64,000 bases of DNA from contig CBFDEM010000003.1 of assembly GCA_965603825.1 (NCBI GenBank), positions 186,001 through 250,000 on the forward strand, in the 5' to 3' direction. Shown piece by piece: positions 43,429 to 53,781 of this stretch. Each line of letters starts with the position of its first letter. Position 1 is the first letter of the stretch. This DNA comes from Blepharisma stoltei ATCC 30299. Taxonomy: Eukaryota; Protista; Ciliophora. A model generated the notes under the pieces. It searched no databases. It saw only the letters and a program-made list of their open reading frames with translations, and was not told where the DNA came from. The translations under genes were made by a program, and so were the position numbers.

Positions 43429-46281
43429 TTAATACAAATTTCTTTTACTTACATTTCCCCTCGGGGTATTTTTCACCCAAATATCATTTTGATAAGCTCC
43501 GACCAAAGTTGTCAATGTTTTATCAGCTCTTTTCACCTTAGTTGTCTCTGATATAGGCGGTAGCAATAAATCGATCTGTTTTGTTGCATCATATTGAGAA
43601 AGTGCTCCATTGATAGAAAGAGTGCGTTTTGGCTTGTAGACTCTTGACGTATTGAAACTATCATTGTGTCTTGGAGTTTGGCCTTCTGTTTCGAAGCTCA
43701 AATTCATCAAGGATTCTGATCCAACTGATGATCATTTTTTTAATGCAGAATCTTCTCTTCTGAACCCTATTCTATGTATATTCGAGTTCTTTGCATATTT
43801 CAAGTTGGTTGCGATTATATATAATAGAGATTTTGTATTTATACCATCATCCAAACTTATTCTTTTTCCAATGCTTTTTGCTTCTTTTGTTCGTATTGCA
43901 GTAATTATTTTTGCCCATCTGACTTGGTTAATCATGTTATTTTTTTCGCCTTTCCAATGGTTTTTTGGGAAATCTTTAGGGATTTTCATGATTTTTTCTA
44001 ATAATTCATACTTCTTTTCATAGTTTAATAAGCCAGCGATTTCTCCAACCAGTTCTTTAAATTTTGGGTTATAAATGTAAGGTGATAAGTAGTTAGTAAT
44101 TTCGTCCTTTACGTTTTGAGATATATTGGATTCTATAATTCCTTTCATGATAACTTGATCAGACACATTTCTAGGAATGCGAGATTTGATGTCTTCCTGG
44201 TTTGATATGTATTTTTCAACTAGCAAGAAAAATTTGAGAGCTGCAATTCTTCAGTTTCCATAGTACTCTTGACTTGATAGCCTTCTCGAGCTTTCTCTTG
44301 AAGACTTTCGTGACTCTTTTACTGGTAATATTACCATAGAATTTGATTTTATTTCTTCATCGTTGCTCACTTGAGGCTCTTCTTTAGTTTCATTGGGAAG
44401 GGCTATATTTTTTCATAAAATATCATAATTTGATGTCAGTAAATTTTCTAAATAGTTCAATAATAGATCTTGCAAATAACAAGACTCGTTTAACTGATTT
44501 AGCTCAATTTTCAATAAGTCTTCAAGTTTCATATCTTTCATTATGTTGATTCTACTAAAAATTTCAGCAATATTATCTTCAGGTTTCTGCTTTTCTGCAT
44601 ATACTTTTGATAATAATTCGATAAATCCATCAGAAAATGCTTGATGGTTATTTCTCTTCTGTAATTTTACTTCTTCAATTCTTTCTATTTGTGGTCTTCT
44701 TTTGGTATATTTTGTTAATTTTTTGCCTTCTTTCTTGTCAAAGCTTTCAACTGAGCTTTCGTTTTCAATTGATTGCATAAGCAGTTTTTTCTTAAGATTT
44801 CTGCTTCTTATTGATTTTGTATCTCCTTCTACAATCTTAAATATTACTCTTTCAGTAGATTTATTTTCAATAGAATTGTCTTTTTCTAAAGAGACGACTG
44901 CATCATTTTCTTTATTTTCTGTAATAAATAAGTTTGCTTCCGTCTTGATAGCTCTAGGAGACTTATGTGATTTTTTTATAAGAGGAGCTGTTTCGCTAAC
45001 TGGCTTTTCATTGATTTTTGATAGCTTGCTTGGGCTCTCTCTTATCTTTCCTTCTGCATCTTCTGATTTTGCATGTGACTTTGATTCATCATTTTTGGAT
45101 GTTTCTACTTTAAATGAGGCTAATATACCTAAGACTTTCTGATATTGCTTTTCTGCAACAAAAGTTTCAATTCTTTTTTTGTCTGGTGGCGAAAATGGTA
45201 TTTTATCAATGAATTTTGTGATAATTTGTTCCAACATAGTGATTTGTTGTGTTTTTTCAATTATTTCTTTATTTGATTCTTCATTTTTTGTGGTTGCGAT
45301 TTGAAGTTTGGTTTTCGCTGATTTAAGATCTTGCTTTGTTTGCTCTATCATTTTTTCCTGCTTTTTTTTCGATTTTTCAAAATTTGAGAGCTGCGAGAGC
45401 GCTGCTCCTATATTTAGAACCCCAAACTCCTGGTATAGTTTATCTGACATCAAGCTTTCAGTTTCCTCTTTTTTCCTGATAACTTCTAATAAATCTTCAA
45501 TCACTATTTGAAATCTTTCTCTGCTTATATTCTCGGCTCTTTTGTCGTTTTCTATTGTTGTTTCTAACTTTTTAATATAAATCCCTGATTTTTCTTTAAT
45601 TCAATCGATTTTCCTTCTTCATTTAGAATCCATTATTACAAGTTTTTTCTGAAAATTTTTTCTTTCTCTTTCCAATAACTTTTCAAGCTCTAGACCTTCT
45701 TTTCAGGCATCTAGCTGAGTAAATCTTACACTTATATCTCTAATATCAAGAAAGAAAGGTACATCATATTGATTGATTGTTTCTAATTTTTCAACGACTT
45801 TATGTCACTTTGGTGGATTATTCTGCATAATTTTAAGCCCCTTATAAATCATTTCATCTCTTGTGTTATCTTCTGCGTAATATCCTGCTATAGTATTATC
45901 AATCTTTTTCAAGTGTTTTTTCATAATATTCATCGTGCTTTGTGTATATTTATTGTACTCCTCTTCTAATCTTGCAAGTTCTTCTATATACCCCTGCGCT
46001 TTGTCAGGTGAATTTAAGCTTGTTGTAGAATCATTATTTGGATTTTTTATTCTTTGGGTCTTTTGAGCTAAATCGCTATACATAATTAAAGAGACCTAAA
46101 TTAATAATACTTCTTGTGCTGCATGTGTCAGTATTTCTTGTATATCTTTATTTTTTAGCATCCTTTTAGCTCAAATTAATTTATTTTCTTTATATTTTAC
46201 AGCTTCATCTTCAGCTATTTTTTGATTCGACAAGTACAAAGTCATTAAATTCTCAAGTTCTTCATGAGTTTTCTTTTCCAT
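43429..46281 (-). CDS. Large coiled-coil hypothetical protein (~945 aa)
   Basis: Four ORF-track fragments in one frame via TGA=W; intron 46096-46110 (GTATTATTAATTTAG). Confidence 0.65.
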
Positions 46282-46312
46282 TTTAATATTGCATAAACTT
46301 AGTAAAGAAATT

Positions 46313-47206
46313 TTAATTTTGACTATTAAATTCCCTCCAAGCTTCAATTACTCTTTGTGCGTCTTCTCTTTTTGAGCTCATTACAACTCCGTCTTTATTC
46401 TTTATTGGCTGATCTTTATCATATAAAATTTTTTGTCCATTTAAATCAGTGACAAATCCTCCAATTCCTTGCAAAATTCCATCTCCTGCACATGTATCCC
46501 ATTTGCTTGTCAGTTCTCTATTGAATACATAAGTAGATGCGTTTCCTGATATTACTAATACTGAGTCATACCCAGTCCCATCTGCGTATAAATTTCTTTC
46601 AGCATTTAAAGTCTTAAAAAATGCTTCACCATGAGGGATTTGCCAATGCTTGGTTTGCACTACTGAAAAATCATTTGGCTTTATGAAGCTATTTTCATTA
46701 AAATCTCCAAAGCATGAGTGAATACCTATTCCAAGACCTCCCCAATATGTAGGTGATCTATCAGCAAATGGATGATGAATGATCCCCATAATTGCATTAG
46801 ATTCGTATGCGATCCCTATCAAAGTTGTCACCCCGATAAGTTCTCCAATAGTAAAGTTATAAGTCCCATCTAAAGGATCAACCCATAGCACTAGTTTGTT
46901 TATATCGAGGTCTCTTAATTCAGCAGGGAAAATTTCTTCAGGAATTAAGTCTAAATTTACTTGTTTTATGTCAGATTCTGCTAATTCTACTTGTTCTTCG
47001 CCAATAATATTAATGCCAGGGAATAAATTGTAGAGAGTGCCCATGATGATCTTTTGTGCATTGATATCAGCAACTGTGCAAGGATCATTATGACCTTTAT
47101 AGACAGTTTGTAAGGCGCCATCACTGTGGACGCTTTTTATTATGTTCCCAGATAGCTCAGCTAGTTGAATGCATGCTGATAAAAGTCTGTGTGCTTTTAT
47201 TAGCAT
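46313..47206 (-). CDS. BPNT1: 3'(2'),5'-bisphosphate nucleotidase (inositol monophosphatase family)
   Basis: DPCTVAD, IIGEE, WVDPLDGT, KWDTCAG. Confidence 0.88.
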   Translation of the reverse strand: MLIKAHRLLSACIQLAELSGNIIKSVHSDGALQTVYKGHNDPCTVADINAQKIIMGTLYNLFPGINIIGEEQVELAESDIKQVNLDLIPEEIFPAELRDLDINKLVLWVDPLDGTYNFTIGELIGVTTLIGIAYESNAIMGIIHHPFADRSPTYWGGLGIGIHSCFGDFNENSFIKPNDFSVVQTKHWQIPHGEAFFKTLNAERNLYADGTGYDSVLVISGNASTYVFNRELTSKWDTCAGDGILQGIGGFVTDLNGQKILYDKDQPIKNKDGVVMSSKREDAQRVIEAWREFNSQN

Positions 47207-47323
47207 AATATTAATAAAAATTCATTGATAAATAAAATCATATATAAAAAGCAAAGAAAAATCAAATGAGGGGATTAGATAAGCTTCATAAAATTTAGCT
47301 ATTAAGCATAATAATTATAAAAA

Positions 47324-47956
47324 ATGGAATCAGACATCAGAGACGACTTTCAATGTGTCATTTGCTTAGGCGTGCTAGTAAGCCCAGTTTTCCATGAAGC
47401 TTGCAGGAAATACTTTTGCAGCACATGTATCAACCAATTCATGAGAAATTCTCACGACTGCCCTTATTGCAGAGGTCTTCTTTCATCATCTTCAGTTCTG
47501 CCTGACCCAAATCTCTCAGAACAAATTTCAATAACTGAATTTACTTGCAACTGCGGAGCGAAAATGCCTTATTCGGGCTACAACAACCATATGGGTGAGT
47601 GCACTTCTATAAGAGCTTTAATTAAACACGCAGTTGAGACTACTGAGAAGCCCCCAGTTCCTGTAGTGAATAGATGGACTTTCAAATGCCCCAGCTGTGA
47701 CCAAAGAAATTTAGACAGGCAAGGGCTGTTAGATCATTATTCTCAAAGGCATAGAGGCAAATCTGGAGTTTGCCCGATCTGTTCTGCGATGCCTTGGGGT
47801 GATCCAAACTATGTAAGTAGCAATTTAAACAGCCATCTCCAATCCAGGCATAAATATGATACTGACACTTATACCGTATTTTCTACTTAGGATTATTCTA
47901 TGGATGATGATGCAATATTGCAGAAGGTTTTGCAAGATTCCCTTCATAATAGATAG
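47324..47956 (+). CDS. RNF114/RNF166-family E3 ligase (RING, C2HC, Di19-type zinc fingers, UIM)
   Basis: C3HC4 RING; NRWTFKCPSC..LLDH..H..VCPICSAMPWGDPNY..HL..RH; intron 47876-47890 (GTATTTTCTACTTAG) exposes the UIM DDDAILQKVLQDSL. Confidence 0.9.
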
Positions 47957-47988
47957 AAGCCTTAATTTAATAGTTTTTGCATAATATA

Positions 47989-48414
47989 ATGGGAAAGATT
48001 AAAGAAGTATGGCTATTTCTTCAAGCAATTGCGTGCTTTAGGCTTGCTCAGTATTATTTATATGATTTTCGAGTTGCGGTAGGCCCTTCAATGCTTCCTA
48101 CTATTTCAGATGCAGGCGATGTGCTATTGATTGATAAATTGACGCCAAGAATCAGAAGTTTGAAAAAAGGAGATGTGATTTTGGCAGAAAATCCTATGAA
48201 ACCTAACAATCAGCTTTGCAAAAGAGTTATATGTGGGCCTGGAGAGGTGGCTGAGGTTGATGGCCAGGAGTATTTGGTGCCTGAAGGGCATATTTGGATT
48301 GAAGGGGATAATAAATCGCAATCATTTGACTCAAGGAACTTTGGTCCAATATCTATAGGACTTGTTGAAGGAAAAGTTGCATATAAATTATGGCCTAAAA
48401 TTGAAAAGTTATAA
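47989..48414 (+). CDS. IMMP1L: Mitochondrial inner membrane protease subunit 1 (S26)
   Basis: GPSMLPT, CKRVI, VPEGHIWIEGDN..SFDSRNFGPI..GKV..LWP. Confidence 0.9.
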   Translation: MGKIKEVWLFLQAIACFRLAQYYLYDFRVAVGPSMLPTISDAGDVLLIDKLTPRIRSLKKGDVILAENPMKPNNQLCKRVICGPGEVAEVDGQEYLVPEGHIWIEGDNKSQSFDSRNFGPISIGLVEGKVAYKLWPKIEKL

Positions 48415-48439
48415 AAATATAAAAGATATAAAAGATAAT

Positions 48440-49432
48440 TTATATCCAAATGCCACCTTTGGGCGCTCTTCCTCCACCTGGGATGAATCTTCCTCCTTTG
48501 TAGAATTTCTTCCCAGATACTTTTTCTTCCACATCCTTCTGTAGTTCTTTATGAGGTGCAGTTTTTGAAAAAATTTTATTTTGAGGAGATTTAATGCAAG
48601 GCTTTTCTTTGTTTGATATTTTATTTTCTTCGAAACAGTTATCAATAAGCTCTTGATTTTTCTTCTGCTGACTTAATATTTCATTATTAATTAAATTTGG
48701 TCTCAGTAATTGTTTTTTTGATGCCTGAGTTTCTGCTTTTTGGGTTTTTATTATTCCTTTTTCTATAATTTCAGTTTCAAAACTATTGAGAAATTCAGCT
48801 TCACTTATTTCTTCTATTTTTGCAGATTTCACTTTAGAAGTAAGAGATTTTGATGATTCAGCAGCATCAACGAATGCTTCTTGTCTTTGGATTTGCCTTT
48901 TTCTAATATTTCTAACCAATTTTTCATGCAATTTTAAGCCTTCTTCTTTTATATCAATTTTCCCTTCTTTTAAATTATTGCAAACCTCTCTTTTGCAAAT
49001 AAACCTATCGTTCTCATCTTTTAATTCTTCATATATACTTATCAGTTTATTTTTCAGCTCTGGAGGAAAATTTAACTGATTTATGATTTCATATTGTTTC
49101 TTTATTCTGCTAATAACTTCTGGCTTTTTAACTTGTTTTTTTATATTGATAGCTTTCTTTATTTTATGGTCCAATCTTCTATCATCAATGCGATTCTCTT
49201 TTCGAGATTTTAGCACTAGATTAATATCTTTATTCATTTCTCTTATTACATCGTCTGTGCTCTTAAGTTTATTTATATTATTTTTTGAAATAATGTTGTT
49301 GAGAATTTCAAAAGAAAATATATGAGCTGCATCCTGGTTTTCACTTTTATTGCCTTTTACTAACTGACCAATTGTCCGGCGTATGATAGGTTCTTGGTAA
49401 ACATTTACAGGGCTTTGTGATCTGGTATACAT
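48440..49432 (-). CDS. Orphan protein with putative HNH-like nuclease motif and Gly-rich basic C-terminal motif
   Basis: QDAAHIFSFE...N..INLVLKSRKENRIDD; ends KFYKGGRFIPGGGRAPKGGIWI. Confidence 0.6.
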   Translation of the reverse strand: MYTRSQSPVNVYQEPIIRRTIGQLVKGNKSENQDAAHIFSFEILNNIISKNNINKLKSTDDVIREMNKDINLVLKSRKENRIDDRRLDHKIKKAINIKKQVKKPEVISRIKKQYEIINQLNFPPELKNKLISIYEELKDENDRFICKREVCNNLKEGKIDIKEEGLKLHEKLVRNIRKRQIQRQEAFVDAAESSKSLTSKVKSAKIEEISEAEFLNSFETEIIEKGIIKTQKAETQASKKQLLRPNLINNEILSQQKKNQELIDNCFEENKISNKEKPCIKSPQNKIFSKTAPHKELQKDVEEKVSGKKFYKGGRFIPGGGRAPKGGIWI

Positions 49433-49537
49433 ATATTTATTACAATTAAGATAAAATGTTGGTAATTAGCTATCTAAAAGTTGCCAAAATATTAAAATTT
49501 TTATTTTTAATTGTAATCTACATATTTTTAATTTAGC

Positions 49538-50746
49538 ATGGTTGAGGCTGAAAGAGAAATAAGGCTCAGCTGGCTGTACTGCCAAGATTACTCAATAAAA
49601 TTAGGGAGCGATACAAAGGAGCTAAAGGAAAATATAGAAAATGCTACAGGGATTCCTATAGATCTTCAAATAATTCAGCTTGATAAAGCTACCTTTGAAG
49701 GAGAAAATCTTTACGAAGCAATTTTACAAAAACAATTTTCAAGTTTGAGGGTTTTAAGTAATGACCCAGAATTTATTGAATACAATAATAAGAATGAAGG
49801 GATCTCTTTTGAGCGCGACGAAAATAATGATCTACCAGTTGAAAGTATGCCATCAGAAGAATCCAAAGAAGTTGAACTTATCATAATAGTTAAAAAAGAG
49901 AAAAATATGATCACTATAAATGATTCATGCACTATTTTAGACTTAAAATACGAAATTGAAAAAAAATTAAAAATTGCTTTTGGCTACCAAATCTTATTTT
50001 ACAAAGGAATTGTACTTAGGAATAAACAAAAAATTCGGACACTGGAACTGAAAAACCCAATAAAGCTAATGAAAAGATTAACAGGGGAAAAATTTGATAT
50101 TGATAAAGTGCTTAATTTGAAAATTTTAAATGAGAATCCATTTACACTTATGGTGCCTCCTACAATTGCTATTGAAGCTGTCAAAACAGTTATATTCAAT
50201 AAAAAAGAAATCGAGCAAAATTCCCAGTCTCTATATTTCGAGGGGAGGCTGCTAGAAGACAATGAAATTTTAAAAACAATTTTTCAAAGCTCTGAACCAG
50301 AATTGGCCTTAATTACCAGACAAATAGGCTGTGGGGTAAAAAAGAAACAAGCACTTGCAGTTGATTTGCGAACTAAACAAAAATCTTCTGATAGGCCAAA
50401 TGAGTACATAAAGCCTGTAACTCGCATTTTCAATATATTTATTCAATGCATAAATAAATGTGAAGAAACCAAAGATATTCGGTTTGACGAAGGACTTGTA
50501 ATTGGGCGTGAAGATTTTCCATTGATTTGTAGATGTGGCTCACCAGTAAACGTTGATATTGTTGTTCATGAAGCGTGCTGAAAGTTTTTTGGAATTAAAA
50601 ATGGAAATAGAATTATTCTTAATAGTCGCAGATCCGAAGGGGATAATCCAACGTTTATTTTATACGAAAATAAGCAGATAAGTGATTTAAGCAGTTTTTC
50701 AGAGTTCAGGTTTGAGGTTAAAAAGAGCCGAGCTTCTAAATCATAA
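49538..50746 (+). CDS. Multi ubiquitin-like-domain protein with Cys-containing C-terminal domain
   Basis: Three UBL-like repeats (ELKENI..TGIP..LQ; TILDLK.EI..I..YQILFYKG..L; I..VK..I..I..SQSLYFEGRLLED); continues through TGA 50579 to TAA 50746. Confidence 0.75.
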
Positions 50747-50842
50747 TACCTAGATTTTATTTTAAATTTTGAATGATATATATAAAATAATTCAAATCAT
50801 AATAATATATTATAAAAGCCAATAAATTAATCAACTTTTCAA

Positions 50843-51994
50843 TTAAGTAGTAATTATGTAATCTCTTTTCATTTCTAAGAATTTTCTCAGTTCAGATCTG
50901 ACATATAAGTCCTTAAAATCCGGCGATGAAGGTCTTTCGAAATATTGCATTATAAGTTTATCAGGCACTTCAAATACACTCTTGAAGCTCCACTTAGGAC
51001 ATTTATCTTTATCTACCAAAATCGCTCTCACTCCTTCATATACATCATCACCAGCTGCAAAGTTCATTGAAATCCTATATTCCATTGTGAAAACTTCTTC
51101 CAAACTCATCTGTATACCTCTCCTTATCTGTTCAAATGCTACTTTTTGTGATACAGGACTCAGTTTCATCAAGTCTTGATACGTTTTTTTCCCAAAGTTT
51201 GATTGTGAAGCTGCACATCTTGTATGAATTTCTTCAAGACTTGTGACTCCTCCAAAGTGTTTTTCAATTTCTTCATAAAAACTATTATTTTCGTCAACTT
51301 TTTCAGCAAATTTATCGACAAGTTTTTTAATTCCCACAACATTTGTATGTGGATTGACTTTTTCAATGAGCTGTTCAGTCAGATCAGCGATTCTGTCACT
51401 AGGGACATAATGAGTGGCAACCCCTGCTTGAACTAATTCAGTTGAGTTTAGCCTGCTCCCAGTGACTGCTAAGTATAAGCCTAAGCTTCCTGGAAGTCTT
51501 GATAAGAAATAGCTTGACCCCACGTCTGGATATAGACCGATCCCACATTCTGGCATTGCAAAAATTGACCTTTCTGTGGCGATTCTTATAGGTGAATGAA
51601 TTGTAATACCAGCACCTCCACCCATAGTAATCCCGTCCCATACACTAATTTGGATTGGCCTCATTCGGGCAAAGCCATAATCAGTGACATATTCCTTTCG
51701 AAAGAAAATTGATGGGAGAGTTGATTTCGGGTCTTTTTGTTTGGCCTCGTAGACTGATTTTATGTCTCCACCGGCTGAAAATGCTTTTTCACCTTCCCCA
51801 GTGACAAGAACAGCGCAGGTGTCCTTGTCTTGATCCCAATCTTTTAGATTTTGCATGAGGACATCAAACATCTCAATGTTCATAGAGTTCAATGATTTAG
51901 GACGGTTGAGTTTGACGTGGCATAGATGTCGGCTGTACTTACTTAAAACTGGCACATCTGAAGAGAAAAAGCGTAGAGAAATTCGATGTATCAT
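50843..51994 (-). CDS. HIBCH: 3-hydroxyisobutyryl-CoA hydrolase, mitochondrial
   Basis: LNRPKSLNS, AFSAGGDI, GITMGGG, FAMPECGIGLYPDVG, EGVRAILVDKD..PKW; N-terminal targeting-like peptide. Confidence 0.93.
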   Translation of the reverse strand: MIHRISLRFFSSDVPVLSKYSRHLCHVKLNRPKSLNSMNIEMFDVLMQNLKDWDQDKDTCAVLVTGEGEKAFSAGGDIKSVYEAKQKDPKSTLPSIFFRKEYVTDYGFARMRPIQISVWDGITMGGGAGITIHSPIRIATERSIFAMPECGIGLYPDVGSSYFLSRLPGSLGLYLAVTGSRLNSTELVQAGVATHYVPSDRIADLTEQLIEKVNPHTNVVGIKKLVDKFAEKVDENNSFYEEIEKHFGGVTSLEEIHTRCAASQSNFGKKTYQDLMKLSPVSQKVAFEQIRRGIQMSLEEVFTMEYRISMNFAAGDDVYEGVRAILVDKDKCPKWSFKSVFEVPDKLIMQYFERPSSPDFKDLYVRSELRKFLEMKRDYIITT

Positions 51995-52650
51995 AATTTT
52001 TTAATAAGATATGCCAATTAAGAAATTTAAATATGGGGTTGAGAGAGAGTAATTTGAAATACTTGAATATTTAAATATATATAGTATAGAGAGTTCTAAT
52101 GAATTTATAGATTGAGTATATAGTAGTAATTTAATTAAAATAAATTCTGATTAATTAAAAGTTCTAATACTTATTGTATCAATAATGCTATTTGGATAAA
52201 CCGTTGCCTTGAGATTTCAATCTGAGCTATCTCAATTCCATTTTCTATAGAAAACGAAGAAGATTTTACTATATATCAATTTTAAACTTTACTTATTATT
52301 TCTTTGTAGATGGCAGTGTGAATTGTATTGCATCATTATGATCTTTCTAAAAATATGATACTTCATAAGATTATACGAAAATGAATTAACCATGCTCTCT
52401 ATAATGTTACTATTTGCATTTAATTTTTCTCAAATGAGCAATTTATATATGTTGCAGAGAAATTTAATTTTTATCTGGAATTAATGAATAGGGATTATTA
52501 TGCCACTTTCGTTACTCAAAAACATCATTTTTAAAAAAGTGATTAAAATATTTTAGCCTTCTGATAACGGCTTAATCGCTTTGTGATATTTTAATAATTT
52601 AATAATTAAGCAAGTAATTTCAAAATTAAACCCATTTTTAATAAATAATT

Positions 52651-53694
52651 ATGACATTACTTTCTGGGTTTGTTTGTGTGCTAATTTTAACTCTAAATTT
52701 AGGTATTTGCTGATGCTGATTAATTTCACCTTTCAATAACAAACTGAAATTGTATTTTATACTTCCTTTTGCATGATTTTATGCAAATTATAGCGTTTTT
52801 TGATTTTTTAGTCAAAATGAATATTTAGAAATTTCAGAAAATTCAACTACAATCGTTAAACTCTTTGAAAATTTTACTTTTACAAAAATTATAATTCAAA
52901 TATTTTCATATTTTAATTATTCTCAAATTACTTACACATTGAGTTTAATTGCTCCAACTATTCTATGAATTAGCCCAAAAATTCCTTTAGAGATTAAGCT
53001 TATAAAAATTGGTTATTGTATGATTTGGAATAATATTTATATTTATCAAGCAACTTTAGATGAAAATTCTTATTATGGAAAATTTTTCCCTTCTCTTTAT
53101 CCGATACTACATTTATGCATTTTTCATTATTTTTACTCAAAACATTCACAAGGATTTTCTTTTCATAGCATTGCAACTATTGATGACTGTCAAATTTTAA
53201 TGATATTTTTACTCGGATTGACATGATTTTTATTCGCTTTAAATAGATTTTATAGAAACCTCCCATTGGGGGTATCTGAAATATTAAAGATAATATTTTG
53301 ATTTTTGATAGATTATATTATAGCTTATTTTACTTTTACGATTTTTATATGTATATTTGGTGAGCTAGCCGAAGATATTTATAATAATTCTTATATTATA
53401 AAATCTAAACCAAAGACTCTAAAACAAATTAAAAGCTTTGTAGCTTCAGAATTGTTCGGATTTGTTGGGTTAATTTTAGCAGTTTTAATCTGATACTATG
53501 TCTATACTTGATTAGATTATTATTTATCATTTCCATGATTAATAGCTGAAGGATTTATTGGAACCCAAGTATATGCTTTCTCATTATGCACTTCCATCTC
53601 AAAATTTCAAAGTTCATTTAAAGACAAAGTTGTAATCTTGAATTTTATAGCATTTTATTTAACAGTTTGCATATCTAGAGCAATCTTTTTTTAA
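52651..53694 (+). CDS. Orphan multipass membrane protein (347 aa), TGA-rich
   Basis: 1044-nt frame with no internal TAA/TAG in very AT-rich DNA; 10 TGA + 1 TGG; many hydrophobic segments. Confidence 0.7.
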
Positions 53695-53781
53695 TGGAAG
53701 CAACAATTTAATTAAATATCTTATAATTTGGAATAATTTTAATGCAAATAAATAGTAAATTTTTCATCATTTCTATTACAG

